Source of the DNA: a virus
Taxonomy: Duplodnaviria; Caudoviricetes
Reading direction: 5' to 3' (one strand)
Length of the DNA: 38,593 nucleotides
IMG/VR virus record: IMGVR_UViG_3300032212_000070
Coordinates: 1 to 38,593 of that record
This document shows positions 8,180 to 17,056 of this stretch, piece by piece. Positions within the stretch are counted from its first letter, which is position 1, and each line of letters starts with the position of its first letter. The notes under the pieces were generated by a model. That model was not told the origin of the DNA. It did no database searches and saw nothing but the letters and a program-made list of their open reading frames with translations. Made by a program: the position numbers and the translations under genes.

Positions 8180-9657
8180 GCGGGGCCTATTACAACGAAA
8201 TTGACCCTCGTGCAGCCCAGTGGTTGCGCCAACTCATAGCCGATGGACACATAGCAGACGGGGAAGTAGATGAGCGATCAATCGAAGATGTCACGCCAAA
8301 TGACCTTAACGGATTTACCCAGTGCCATTTTTTCGCCGGAATCGGAGTTTGGAGCTACGCACTTAGACAAGCAGGCTGGCCCGATGATAGACCCGTCTGG
8401 ACCGGATCGGCACCATGTCAGCCTTTCTCATCGGCAGGCCAAGGAAGAGGCAAAGAAGATGAAAGACACTTGTGGCCAGAAATGCTCAGGCTCATCAAAG
8501 CCTGCCGACCAGAAGTCATCTTCGGCGAACAAGTCGGAGGAGCAGTTGTTACTGGCACCATATCTGACGACCGAGAGGATTTGCGCTCGATGCCAGAAAG
8601 AGCAGCCGTCTACCGAGTTTTATGTGAACTCAAAGGGAAACTATCGAACGAAATGCAAGACCTGCGAGCGGGACACGGAAAGGGCGCGGAAGCGGGCGAA
8701 TCCGACAAAATGTCGAACAGATTACAAGATGTGGCGCGAGAAACGTCGGGGCTACGCATTGGTGAATGTAGCCAAGAACAGAGCCAGGAAAAAAGGGATT
8801 CCGTTCGACCTGGATCGGGACGACATACAGGAGAGGATAGACAACGGCTTGTGCGAACTAACGGGGATTCCGTTCGACCTGGAAACGCCGAGGGCGTGGA
8901 ATGCTCCGAGTCTGGATCAGATAGAGCCGTCCGCTGGCTATACGAACGAGAACACGAGAGTTGTCCTGTATGCGGTGAATGTCATGGCGAACACATGGGG
9001 CGCTCAGAAGATTGTCGAGATTGGGCGGCAGATAACAGCCAAGCAAATCGAGAAATCGAACGAATTGTCAAGAGCCTTGGCAGGGAGGTTGAAGGAGAAG
9101 TCAAAACAACTTGGCTCCCAGCTTTACAGCATGACTTGGACCGAGAAGGTTATGCCGTCGGGTCGTGTGTTACCCCAGCTTGCGGTTTCGGTGCGCCCCA
9201 TATCCGAAAGCGCCTCTATTGGGTGGCCGACGCCAACAGCCAGCGAACCAGGCGGGACCGTGGAGGATTTCTTAGCCCGCAAGGAAAAGGCGGGGATCAA
9301 TCCGACGATAACGGCGCTGAACTTCGCGGCAGAGCTCGCCAGTTGGCCGACGCCGCAAGCCAGGGATCACAAGGGCGGCATGGCAGATCGAGCGACAGCA
9401 AGCGAACGCAGCAACGACCTAAACGACTTTGCGAAGTTAACCGGCCCGGCCCGACTAACGGTTTCTGGCGAGATGCTGACTGGCTCGGATGCACGGATGA
9501 AAAGTGGCGGCCAGTTGAACCCGGCGCATTCCCGCTGGCTGATGGGGCTCCCGCCCGAGTGGGACGCCTGCGCGGTTACGGCAATGCAATCGTCGCGCCC
9601 CAAGCCCAAGCGTTCATAGAAGCATACATGGAGCAGGAAGGAGAACCCAAGCAATGA
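8176..9657 (+). CDS. DNA cytosine-5 methyltransferase, catalytic (alpha) chain with ~190-aa insertion
   Basis: Motif I FFAGIG, IV PCQPFS, VI GEQV, VIII HIRKRLYWVA and X RLRGYGNAIV. Motif IX is absent from this frame. Confidence 0.9.
   Translation: MSGAYYNEIDPRAAQWLRQLIADGHIADGEVDERSIEDVTPNDLNGFTQCHFFAGIGVWSYALRQAGWPDDRPVWTGSAPCQPFSSAGQGRGKEDERHLWPEMLRLIKACRPEVIFGEQVGGAVVTGTISDDREDLRSMPERAAVYRVLCELKGKLSNEMQDLRAGHGKGAEAGESDKMSNRLQDVARETSGLRIGECSQEQSQEKRDSVRPGSGRHTGEDRQRLVRTNGDSVRPGNAEGVECSESGSDRAVRWLYEREHESCPVCGECHGEHMGRSEDCRDWAADNSQANREIERIVKSLGREVEGEVKTTWLPALQHDLDREGYAVGSCVTPACGFGAPHIRKRLYWVADANSQRTRRDRGGFLSPQGKGGDQSDDNGAELRGRARQLADAASQGSQGRHGRSSDSKRTQQRPKRLCEVNRPGPTNGFWRDADWLGCTDEKWRPVEPGAFPLADGAPARVGRLRGYGNAIVAPQAQAFIEAYMEQEGEPKQ
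8270..9619 (+). CDS. Overlapping +1-frame protein: zinc finger + HNH-type domain + methyltransferase beta chain (WPTP region, motif IX)
   Basis: 449 stop-free codons: CARC..CKTC, AKNRARKKGIPFDL, CELTGIPF, PSLDQIEPSAGYTNENTRVV...VN, two WPTP motifs and QLNPAHSRWLMGLPPEW. Confidence 0.8.
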   Translation: MSDQSKMSRQMTLTDLPSAIFSPESEFGATHLDKQAGPMIDPSGPDRHHVSLSHRQAKEEAKKMKDTCGQKCSGSSKPADQKSSSANKSEEQLLLAPYLTTERICARCQKEQPSTEFYVNSKGNYRTKCKTCERDTERARKRANPTKCRTDYKMWREKRRGYALVNVAKNRARKKGIPFDLDRDDIQERIDNGLCELTGIPFDLETPRAWNAPSLDQIEPSAGYTNENTRVVLYAVNVMANTWGAQKIVEIGRQITAKQIEKSNELSRALAGRLKEKSKQLGSQLYSMTWTEKVMPSGRVLPQLAVSVRPISESASIGWPTPTASEPGGTVEDFLARKEKAGINPTITALNFAAELASWPTPQARDHKGGMADRATASERSNDLNDFAKLTGPARLTVSGEMLTGSDARMKSGGQLNPAHSRWLMGLPPEWDACAVTAMQSSRPKPKRS

Positions 9658-9929
9658 AAAACCACGCCACAAGCCTCGAAGCCTTCGAGCGCATCAAGCC
9701 GCAGCTAACAGACCTCCAGATTATGGTCATGAATGCAGCGCGGCGGCTTCAGTCGTTCACCGATGCCGAAATCTCGATGGAATTCCCAGGCCGGGCCTAT
9801 TCCACAGTCAGAACCAGGCGCGGGGAACTCGTCAAAATGGGCCTCATCCGCAAGACCGACAAGCGGCGCGAGAAAAGCGCGGTATGGGAAGTCGTCGAGG
9901 GCGGCGAGGAGCAAGGAACACTTTTTTAA
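9654..9929 (+). CDS. Winged-helix DNA-binding protein
   Basis: FTDAEI...STVRTRRGELVKMGLI...AVWEV. Confidence 0.7.
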   Translation: MKNHATSLEAFERIKPQLTDLQIMVMNAARRLQSFTDAEISMEFPGRAYSTVRTRRGELVKMGLIRKTDKRREKSAVWEVVEGGEEQGTLF

Positions 9930-9952
9930 CCCCAGAAAGCAGGAGCAAGAGC

Positions 9953-10453
9953 ATGGGAAGCAGGATCGACGAAGCGGAATTTCTTATGGCGGCCGGCCGT
10001 GTTGCGATGGGCGAGAAGCCCACACACATCGAGAGAGATGCCGGGCGGACGCCGGGGTCTTACAAGGGTTACGCGGTTCGCCTTGGCATGATTGGTGCTT
10101 GGCGTTCTCTTGTATCAACGACACGCGACTGGGCCGTTGTTGACATGGTCATTCAGGAGATCGAAAAGACCGGCAAAAGCACAACCGAAGCGATCCACGT
10201 TCTCAAGTCAGACCCCAAGAGGTTGCGCCCAATCATCGAACAGGTCGAAGGAAGAATCGGCGAAGCGCGGGCGCGTTTCTTGTTGCGCGAAAACAATGCA
10301 GAGACCCTGGAGCCCGAGAAGGCCAAAAGTCCAGGGCTTGAAAGCATGAAAGCAGAACTCGACCAGAGCCGCGCAGACGTTGCGGAACTCAAGGCCATGA
10401 TGCGGGAGCTACTCGAAGAGAAGACGCGGCCAGATTCGGGGGGAGGGCTTTGA
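9953..10453 (+). CDS. Hypothetical protein with C-terminal coiled coil
   Basis: ATG 9953 with AGGAG RBS. Confidence 0.65.
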   Translation: MGSRIDEAEFLMAAGRVAMGEKPTHIERDAGRTPGSYKGYAVRLGMIGAWRSLVSTTRDWAVVDMVIQEIEKTGKSTTEAIHVLKSDPKRLRPIIEQVEGRIGEARARFLLRENNAETLEPEKAKSPGLESMKAELDQSRADVAELKAMMRELLEEKTRPDSGGGL

Positions 10454-10533
10454 GGCCAGCCTACTACACAAACCTGATAACCGCCGTGGCGCTTTCGCTG
10501 GTCGCGGCTTTGTTGAGTTGAGGAGAGAACGAA

Positions 10534-10833
10534 ATGAAAATGAGAATCGAATTTGACGGCGCTGGCCGCCTTCCCCTTGAGGCTTTCGGCATCCAGGTAA
10601 CGGGCGTTCGCGGAAGCGAGGGCGACGAACACGTCGATTGGACGGCGATGCTTCAGGACTTCAGTGCGAACGGTGACGCCATTCACGGCACCATCGACGC
10701 GCCCGGAGATTTCCAGTTCGCGGACAAATGGAAGATCCAGGTTTTCCTCAAGCAGGGCGACGGGCGATATCACCCCGAGCCCGCAGAAGAGTGGTACACC
10801 GACGCGGTGCGGTTTGGGGGCGTTGGGGGATGA
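10534..10833 (+). CDS. Hypothetical beta-sandwich-like protein
   Basis: GAGGAG RBS, acidic beta-rich 99 aa. Confidence 0.65.
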   Translation: MKMRIEFDGAGRLPLEAFGIQVTGVRGSEGDEHVDWTAMLQDFSANGDAIHGTIDAPGDFQFADKWKIQVFLKQGDGRYHPEPAEEWYTDAVRFGGVGG

Positions 10834-11048
10834 GCATTTTGCGCCGATTGGTTGGCCAGCACTTGAGCGACAGGCAGATTGAGCGAGTCGCCCACGGTGG
10901 GCTTTTGGTCCTTGGCCGGAAGCAATTCAATCATATCTGGGGAGATATGGAAAACTATATTGCGCCACATGCAAAGCCGAAGTGCGAGTTTTGCATGAAT
11001 AGGTTTCTTAACCGGCGTAAAGAACTTGAGAGGAGGGCGAATAGATGA
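10830..11048 (+). CDS. Small zinc-finger protein
   Basis: HLSDRQIER...HAKPKCEFC; ATGA overlap with the upstream gene. Confidence 0.55.
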   Translation: MSILRRLVGQHLSDRQIERVAHGGLLVLGRKQFNHIWGDMENYIAPHAKPKCEFCMNRFLNRRKELERRANR

Positions 11049-11596
11049 GCGAGCCGAGCAGGGAAGCTAACAAAGCGAGGGAGATAGCGCGGTTGTGGAT
11101 TCCCGAAAGCGACCCGAACCGAGGAACAAGGATAAACCTTTGTGCAAGAGCCATCGAAGAGCACACGGCGCGGGCGGTTGAGGAAGTCAAGCAAGACCTA
11201 ACCTTTATGACACACAAATTGAGGCACTCGAATAACCTCGGACAAAAGGTCCAAGCAAAACTTGAGGCCGAGCGGCAGAAGGTCGCGGAGCTTGAGAAGG
11301 AGCGCGACGAACTCAAGGCGAAGGTTGAGAAGCTTGAGAAAAACCAAGCACTGCCAGCACTTGAGCGGCTTCACGCAAGCGCGAAAAAGGTCGTGGAACT
11401 CAAGGCCGACAACGAGAGGCTGAGGGAGGCAGCAAAGCCGCTGGTGCATTTCATCAACCAGCTTGAGAGTAAACCTATGCGCGGGATTGACGACGAATTC
11501 TATGGCATCCATTGCGGTTCTGAATTTGAGGCTTTTATCAGCTTTAGCATGTTGCGGAAGTTGCGCGAAGCCATAGCGGAAGGGGGCGAAGAATGA
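11045..11596 (+). CDS. Coiled-coil phage protein
   Basis: Heptad-rich centre, GGAGG RBS. Confidence 0.7.
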   Translation: MSEPSREANKAREIARLWIPESDPNRGTRINLCARAIEEHTARAVEEVKQDLTFMTHKLRHSNNLGQKVQAKLEAERQKVAELEKERDELKAKVEKLEKNQALPALERLHASAKKVVELKADNERLREAAKPLVHFINQLESKPMRGIDDEFYGIHCGSEFEAFISFSMLRKLREAIAEGGEE

Positions 11597-11997
11597 AATA
11601 CAGCGAACAAGAAATCATGAAGCTCGAAGGCCGCGAACTCGACGAGGCGGTCGCGGTTTGGGTTATGGGGTGGGAATCCAGAACACCATTAGATCGTCCA
11701 GATTATTGGGTGCGTGAGAACACAAAAACCAAAAGCCCACACTACCACCACGCAGCAACAAAAGGCTATTGGCACCCATCCACCAACATCGCCCAGGCTT
11801 ACGAAGCCATCCAGCATGTAAAGGAGAATTTTTTCTCTATAGACATCTCAATAGAGGGGACTGTGGATCGTTGGGATCACGTCAGCATTAACTGGAACGG
11901 ATACGCCGACGACACGGTGAGAGTGAAAGGCCAGGGCTCATTGACGGAGCTTATCTGCCGCGCCCTTTTGCTTTGGAAGTTGAGGGCGAGCAAGTGA
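11593..11997 (+). CDS. Phage ABA-sandwich (BC1872-like) protein
   Basis: GRELDEAVAVWVMGW...HPSTNIAQAYEAI...ICRALL pattern. Confidence 0.7.
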   Translation: MKYSEQEIMKLEGRELDEAVAVWVMGWESRTPLDRPDYWVRENTKTKSPHYHHAATKGYWHPSTNIAQAYEAIQHVKENFFSIDISIEGTVDRWDHVSINWNGYADDTVRVKGQGSLTELICRALLLWKLRASK

Positions 11998-12194
11998 CCC
12001 CCGCCCGCTTCGCCATCCTACTAACCGCCCTAAAAGACGGCGCACCAATGAAACAGGCGCTCGCCGTCGCAGGACTAACGGTCAAGGACCGCATAGCGAT
12101 GAGGGCCAACGTCGAGCGCGAGAAAAAAATTCAACACGCACAGCAGGTCGGAAGACAACGCGAGCTGGAGCGGAAAAGAAGGTTAATGAAATGA
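11994..12194 (+). CDS. Small basic hypothetical protein
   Basis: GTGA overlap with the upstream stop. Confidence 0.55.
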   Translation: MTPARFAILLTALKDGAPMKQALAVAGLTVKDRIAMRANVEREKKIQHAQQVGRQRELERKRRLMK

Positions 12195-12490
12195 ACAACG
12201 CGACGAAGGGCAAACCCCGCCAGGAATCCGCAGAATCCGCAGAATCCCGCCAAGAGCCTAAAACGAACGTGAGCAATCCCGTGAAGGTTACACGCGAAAA
12301 AGTCCCTTCGTCGCACTTTTTAATCGACCGGCCGCCGTGGACTTGGCCAGAGCCTTGGCACTCACTCTTCGAGGAGCGGGCGGCAATCATGCAACACGAC
12401 GGCGGGCTAAGTCTCGCCCAGGCCGAACACAAAGCGGCGGCGCTTTTGCGCCATGACTTCAAGCGAGCAGTAGCGGAACGGGAGTGGTGA
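12191..12490 (+). CDS. Hypothetical protein with EERAAI..DGGL motif
   Basis: FEERAAIMQHDGGLSLAQAE is a recurrent phage motif. Confidence 0.65.
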   Translation: MNNATKGKPRQESAESAESRQEPKTNVSNPVKVTREKVPSSHFLIDRPPWTWPEPWHSLFEERAAIMQHDGGLSLAQAEHKAAALLRHDFKRAVAEREW

Positions 12491-12636
12491 TGGAATTCGA
12501 TTTGTGGACATTTTTTGCGACCGCGTTAGGTGGTGGAGCCTGCTACCTCGTTGGGTTCAATGACGGCAAGAAGCGCGGAAGAATCGAAGAGCGGGAAGAC
12601 CAATGGTTAAGCAAATGGAGCCAACACGATGATTGA
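12490..12636 (+). CDS. Small membrane-anchored protein (48 aa)
   Basis: MEFDLWTFFATALGGGACYLVGFNDGKKRG...; TGATG overlap. Confidence 0.5.
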   Translation: MEFDLWTFFATALGGGACYLVGFNDGKKRGRIEEREDQWLSKWSQHDD

Positions 12637-12802
12637 CCGCATCGCAAAACGCGCCTTCCAAATCGGCGCGGCAGTCTTCGCCGTGGCATTCTTCGCCATG
12701 CTCATAGAGGCGATGGAAGAGCCGATCATGTTCATCCTCGCGGGCATCTTCGCCGCGCTATCGTATCTCAGCGCGAAGGCGGGAGGGATGGACGTTGAGT
12801 GA
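12629..12802 (+). CDS. Two-TM small membrane protein (57 aa)
   Basis: IGAAVFAVAFFAMLI and IMFILAGIFAALSYL; GGAG RBS. Confidence 0.6.
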   Translation: MIDRIAKRAFQIGAAVFAVAFFAMLIEAMEEPIMFILAGIFAALSYLSAKAGGMDVE

Positions 12803-13007
12803 ACCAGTCCTAAACCGCGCCGGAATCATCAAGGGCGGGCGCAAGAACGGCGAGCGATCAACCAAGGCGTTCGACCTCAGCAAGCCTGAAACCTACTACG
12901 CATTCATGCGAACCAAGCGCGAGGCGTCAGAAAAAGCGGTGGCCGGTGCGATTGCGCGACTTTCGCAGGATGAAGAATTTTTGAGATTGACCGAACAGAA
13001 CGAATAG
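12795..13007 (+). CDS. Hypothetical protein
   Basis: ORF track; fills the operon up to a terminator. Confidence 0.55.
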   Translation: MSEPVLNRAGIIKGGRKNGERSTKAFDLSKPETYYAFMRTKREASEKAVAGAIARLSQDEEFLRLTEQNE

Positions 13008-13031
13008 GTTGCCAACGTGGTGGTAGCTTCG

Positions 13032-13071
13032 GGGGGCCGCTGGCGGGCGGTCAACGGTCCCCCACTTTTTT
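13032..13071 (+). terminator. Rho-independent terminator before the packaging genes
   Basis: GGGGGCCG...CGGTCCCC stem followed by ACTTTTTT. Confidence 0.55.
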
Positions 13072-13100
13072 CATCTCATCCCCCGAGAAATGAAAAGTGA

Positions 13101-13487
13101 TTGACGACGCCAAAGAAGAAAACAGCGAAGAAAGCGACCAAGAAAAAGGCCGCTAAGAAGCCATTAAATAAAAGTCCGAAAAAAGAACGGGACGCAAAGG
13201 GCCGACTTCTGCCAGGGCACAAAGGCGGGCCAGGTCGACCGAAGGGGTCGCCGAATCTTTCCAAGCGAGTTATGGCAGCCTTTGAGAAGGACGCCGAGAA
13301 GAACGGCGAGGACTTCGTGTCCTTCATGTTTCGCATTGCTCGCGGCGCAGCCTTCGATCCTGAGACGCGGCAGGCCCGAGACATCACGGCGGGCTTTGTC
13401 TCGAAGCTGATCAAGGTAGAGACCGTCACGGAAGAGAACGAAGCCCAGGCGGTGCGCTTGTTCCGCGTTGTCGAGGCCAAGAAATGA
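13101..13487 (+). CDS. terS: Terminase small subunit (DUF5681-like)
   Basis: RDAKGRLLPGHKGGPGRPKGSPN motif; directly upstream of terL. Confidence 0.7.
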   Translation: MTTPKKKTAKKATKKKAAKKPLNKSPKKERDAKGRLLPGHKGGPGRPKGSPNLSKRVMAAFEKDAEKNGEDFVSFMFRIARGAAFDPETRQARDITAGFVSKLIKVETVTEENEAQAVRLFRVVEAKK

Positions 13488-14785
13488 CGGCCACCGTTGA
13501 GCGGGATATCGGGCTCCTCCCCCATCAGAAGGAAGCATGGGAAGCGCCCGAGCCATACGTCGCAATGGTCACCGGCTTAGGCGGCGGCAAAACGTGGTAC
13601 GGCGCTTTCTGGCTTATCATGCGGGCCATCGAATTCCCTCAGTCGGTGCATCTTGCGACGGCCAACACTATCGGCCAGCTTAAAGACGTTGTCATCCCGC
13701 AACTGCTCGACACGCTCGAATTCTTGGGCATCTCATGCCACTACCATATGACCGACAAGATTCTGACGCTCGACTTGGGCGACGAGAAAGCGGTCATCTG
13801 GTGTCGCGGCATGGAGAACCCGAACAAGACGTTACGCGGCCCGGAATTCGGGTCATGGTGGGGCGACGAGGTGCGCGACTATTCCGAGGAAGCCGTAACC
13901 GTCGCCACGCTTCGACTACGTTGTCAACTCGTGGACAAGTGCCGCTATCTATGGACGACCACGCCAAACGGCTTTGACCACGTCTACAACCGCCACGTTG
14001 ACGAGGCCACAGAGAATCACCGGCTTGTGACAGCCAGCACTGACGACAACCACTTCCTGCCTTCGCAATATCTCGAATTGATGGAGGCCAGTTGCGACGG
14101 CGAACTCATGGAGCAGGAGCGCCACGCCAAGTTCCTGAATCTTGGCGGCGGCTTGCTGTATAAGCGGTACGACCGGACGGTGAACAAGCGCGAGGGCATC
14201 GAGCTAAACCCGCGAGCGCCCGTCTACCTGTGCATCGATAACAACCCGAAACCGCTGGTTTGCGAGATCGTGCAAGAGGACGCCCAAAACACCTACGCCG
14301 TCGACGAGATTTTCATGCGGAACGGCGGCGACTGGGTGCAAGCCTGCCAGATGCTGAGGCCGATTCTGGAGCACCATAAGGGCGGGATTATCCTCGATGG
14401 GGACGCCAGGTGCGGCGACGTTAGCGCCCAAACGGGGAAAAGTGACTATGCACTAATTAGAGAATGTCTTGCCATTTGGTATAATTATGGCATTGAGACA
14501 GTAGCAAGACGGTCGAACCCGCCCATAGTCGACCGCATCAACGCCGTCAATTATCGCCTATGCGATCCGCACGGCGTCTCCCGTTTCTTTATCTCACCAC
14601 GTTGCAAAGAATTACTGAAAGATCTGGAGCAGGTCACGCCCAAGAAGGACGCCCGCCATCCAGACGGCAGCAAGGACAAAATGAGGACGCATTGCTCAGA
14701 CGCCATCGGCTACCAGATAGCCAAGCGGCACGGGGTAAGCGCCTTCAAAGACGAACTGGACGAGTTAAAGGCGATGGCACGATGA
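13484..14785 (+). CDS. terL: Terminase large subunit
   Basis: LLPHQ, Walker A GLGGGKT, LRG, Walker B WWGDE, TTTPNG, nuclease IDNN and H.SDA. Confidence 0.93.
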   Translation: MTATVERDIGLLPHQKEAWEAPEPYVAMVTGLGGGKTWYGAFWLIMRAIEFPQSVHLATANTIGQLKDVVIPQLLDTLEFLGISCHYHMTDKILTLDLGDEKAVIWCRGMENPNKTLRGPEFGSWWGDEVRDYSEEAVTVATLRLRCQLVDKCRYLWTTTPNGFDHVYNRHVDEATENHRLVTASTDDNHFLPSQYLELMEASCDGELMEQERHAKFLNLGGGLLYKRYDRTVNKREGIELNPRAPVYLCIDNNPKPLVCEIVQEDAQNTYAVDEIFMRNGGDWVQACQMLRPILEHHKGGIILDGDARCGDVSAQTGKSDYALIRECLAIWYNYGIETVARRSNPPIVDRINAVNYRLCDPHGVSRFFISPRCKELLKDLEQVTPKKDARHPDGSKDKMRTHCSDAIGYQIAKRHGVSAFKDELDELKAMAR

Positions 14786-16320
14786 ACCTCACAGAAGCCC
14801 TGGACAAGCGGTCGGCATGGCATCAGAAAATGAGCCAGAAGCAGCACTGGCCACTTTGGCGGGCTAATTGGGACGGCTTCGAGTCGGACGACCAGAAAGC
14901 CGACTATCTCGTCACGTCCAACATCGAGAAGCCGAGCCACTTCGAGACCAGGCGCAGGCTAACTCAGTTCATGGGCTGCACCCCTGCCATTGCCGACCGG
15001 CTGATCGGTCGAGTTTTCCAGGATCGGCCCGAGGTCGATTATTCGGCGGGCGAGAACCCGAACCCGCTTGAGGAAACCGTCAAGCAATGGGCCGAGGACA
15101 TGGACGGCTCAGGCTTGACGCTGGATAAGTGGATCAAGGACAAAGCCGATAACGCCATGAAAATGGGCGCTTTCGGCGTTTTCGTGGACAAGATCGGCGG
15201 CGAATTCAGCGACCGGAGCGCGGAAGAGGCGGCAGGCGCGGACAAATTGCGGCTGATCTGCTACGAACCCGAGGAAATCATCGACGGCGAGATCGACGAG
15301 CAGGGGCGAATCGTTTGGGTAAAGCTGCGGAAATTCGTCGAGCGGCAGCCAGATCCGCTATCGAAGCCCGCCAAATACATCGAATGGCTGATTCTCGACC
15401 GCGAGAATGCCACGGTCTACCGGGCAGACATCGAAGATGGCGCGACCATGAATTTCGAGCAGTCGGCAGACGGCAGCTTTATCATGGTCGGCGACACAAA
15501 GCACAAAGAGCCGACGTTGATCACACAGGCTGCCCACGGCGCTGGTTGCGTCCCGTTTGAAATCTACTACGGCGACAAGCTCGATACACTCCAGGGCGTA
15601 ACGCCGCTGCGAGGCGGCATTCGGGCAGACTTGGCCACGCTTAACGCTGATTCAACGGCGAGCTGGCAAGAGTGGCTACACGGGAATCAGGTTCTGGTGA
15701 TTGAGACCGAACGAGACGTGCAAAAGGTCTTTCTCGACGGCAATTCAATCATGAAGCTGAACCCCGGCGCAGCGGAAAAGGCCGAGTACCTCACCAACGA
15801 CGCCGCATCCTTCGGGCATATGCGCGAGGTCGTCGAATCCCGCAAGCTGGACGCCCATCGAATGATCGGTGCCGACCCGGTCGGACTTTTTGAGGGCAGC
15901 GCAAGCCCCGAGGCTGGCGTGGCCAAGGAAAGGCGGTTTTCAGCTTCCGAAGAGCGCGTGTTGGCCAGATTCGCAGAGCAGACGCAGGCTTTTCACACCC
16001 GCATTCTTGAGCTCGCCACGCGGCGATTCTCCCCCACAATCCCGGCGCTCGAAGATAAGGCTTTCGGCGGATCAGTCCGCTACGCTGCGAAATTCGACTT
16101 GGCAGACGCGGACACGGTTCTGGGTGCATGGCTCGAAGTCAAGCCCGAATTTGCCACGCTATCGCCCACGCTGGTCGAGTACATGGACACCCGAATTGCC
16201 CTTCTGCTTATGGGCGATTCCCCCCGAGACAAGCGCGAGCAGGTCGCCGAAGAAATCCAGGCGGCCCCACGAAATTCGCAAAATTCCCCCAATTCATTTG
16301 ACATGAGCGAAAGCGAGTAG
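14782..16320 (+). CDS. Portal protein
   Basis: About 512 aa after terL; EDMDGSG.TL, H..G.VPF, EAGVAK..RF; ATGA overlap. Confidence 0.85.
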   Translation: MNLTEALDKRSAWHQKMSQKQHWPLWRANWDGFESDDQKADYLVTSNIEKPSHFETRRRLTQFMGCTPAIADRLIGRVFQDRPEVDYSAGENPNPLEETVKQWAEDMDGSGLTLDKWIKDKADNAMKMGAFGVFVDKIGGEFSDRSAEEAAGADKLRLICYEPEEIIDGEIDEQGRIVWVKLRKFVERQPDPLSKPAKYIEWLILDRENATVYRADIEDGATMNFEQSADGSFIMVGDTKHKEPTLITQAAHGAGCVPFEIYYGDKLDTLQGVTPLRGGIRADLATLNADSTASWQEWLHGNQVLVIETERDVQKVFLDGNSIMKLNPGAAEKAEYLTNDAASFGHMREVVESRKLDAHRMIGADPVGLFEGSASPEAGVAKERRFSASEERVLARFAEQTQAFHTRILELATRRFSPTIPALEDKAFGGSVRYAAKFDLADADTVLGAWLEVKPEFATLSPTLVEYMDTRIALLLMGDSPRDKREQVAEEIQAAPRNSQNSPNSFDMSESE

Positions 16321-16326
16321 AATTAT

Positions 16327-17034
16327 ATGACTACCCCCGAAACCGGATCTAACGATCTGAGCGCGACTGCGGCGAACAATCAGCAGACGTCTACCGGAGA
16401 CGCAAACCCGAGCGGCGGCCAGCCTTCACTTGGCAACATCCTCGAACAACTCAAGCACGAAGTCAGTAAGTCGGTGCAAGCTGCTACAGCCCCACTTGTC
16501 GCCGAAATCGAAGGCTTGAGGAATTCGCAAAACGCCCAGAGGCGGGTAAAAGCCAAGTCCCACACCGACCAGGCACCCACCAACACGGCGCAGGATGGCG
16601 AAGATTCGGACGTTGCGAAAATGCGGGCCGAGCTTGAGCTTATCAAGCAAAGCGAGGCCAAGCGGCAAGAGGCAGACGACCAGGCTTTTGTGCAAAACGC
16701 GCTTAAGGCCGAAATTGCCAAGCACAACGTCGCCAACGGCGAACTACTGGAACGGCTCATTTTGCCGGACCTACGCCGAGGCGAAACAGGCGCGGTGATT
16801 CACGGCGAAGGCGAAGGCGCAAAGCTGCTATCGGACAAGATCGCCGAGGAAATGGCGAACAAGGTTTTTCAGCCCGCGAGCATTGGCGAAAGTGCCAACG
16901 CCTCAGCCGGTGGAAAACAGCCCGATGGGATCGTTTCCGGCGGCCAAGTTCTCGACGCCCAAGCAATCGACGCACTACCAGACGAGGAATTCGGCAAAGT
17001 GTTTGCCGATGTCGTCAACAAAAAAGTTGATTGA
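16327..17034 (+). CDS. Capsid scaffolding protein
   Basis: Acidic coiled coil between portal and capsid. Confidence 0.7.
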   Translation: MTTPETGSNDLSATAANNQQTSTGDANPSGGQPSLGNILEQLKHEVSKSVQAATAPLVAEIEGLRNSQNAQRRVKAKSHTDQAPTNTAQDGEDSDVAKMRAELELIKQSEAKRQEADDQAFVQNALKAEIAKHNVANGELLERLILPDLRRGETGAVIHGEGEGAKLLSDKIAEEMANKVFQPASIGESANASAGGKQPDGIVSGGQVLDAQAIDALPDEEFGKVFADVVNKKVD

Positions 17035-17056
17035 TCGGGGCGGATACGGGGACTAA

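Noticed and set aside
8536-9111. Intein or group I intron in the methyltransferase
   Set aside because: No Cys/Ser start with His-Asn end in frame A, no obvious intron core, and both frames stay open.
12221-12250. GAATCCGCA tandem repeat as iterons
   Set aside because: Only about three short copies in a coding N-terminus; a better origin candidate exists at 7578.
16298-16323. TTGACA...TAGAAT promoter before the scaffold gene
   Set aside because: The spacer is only 14 bp.
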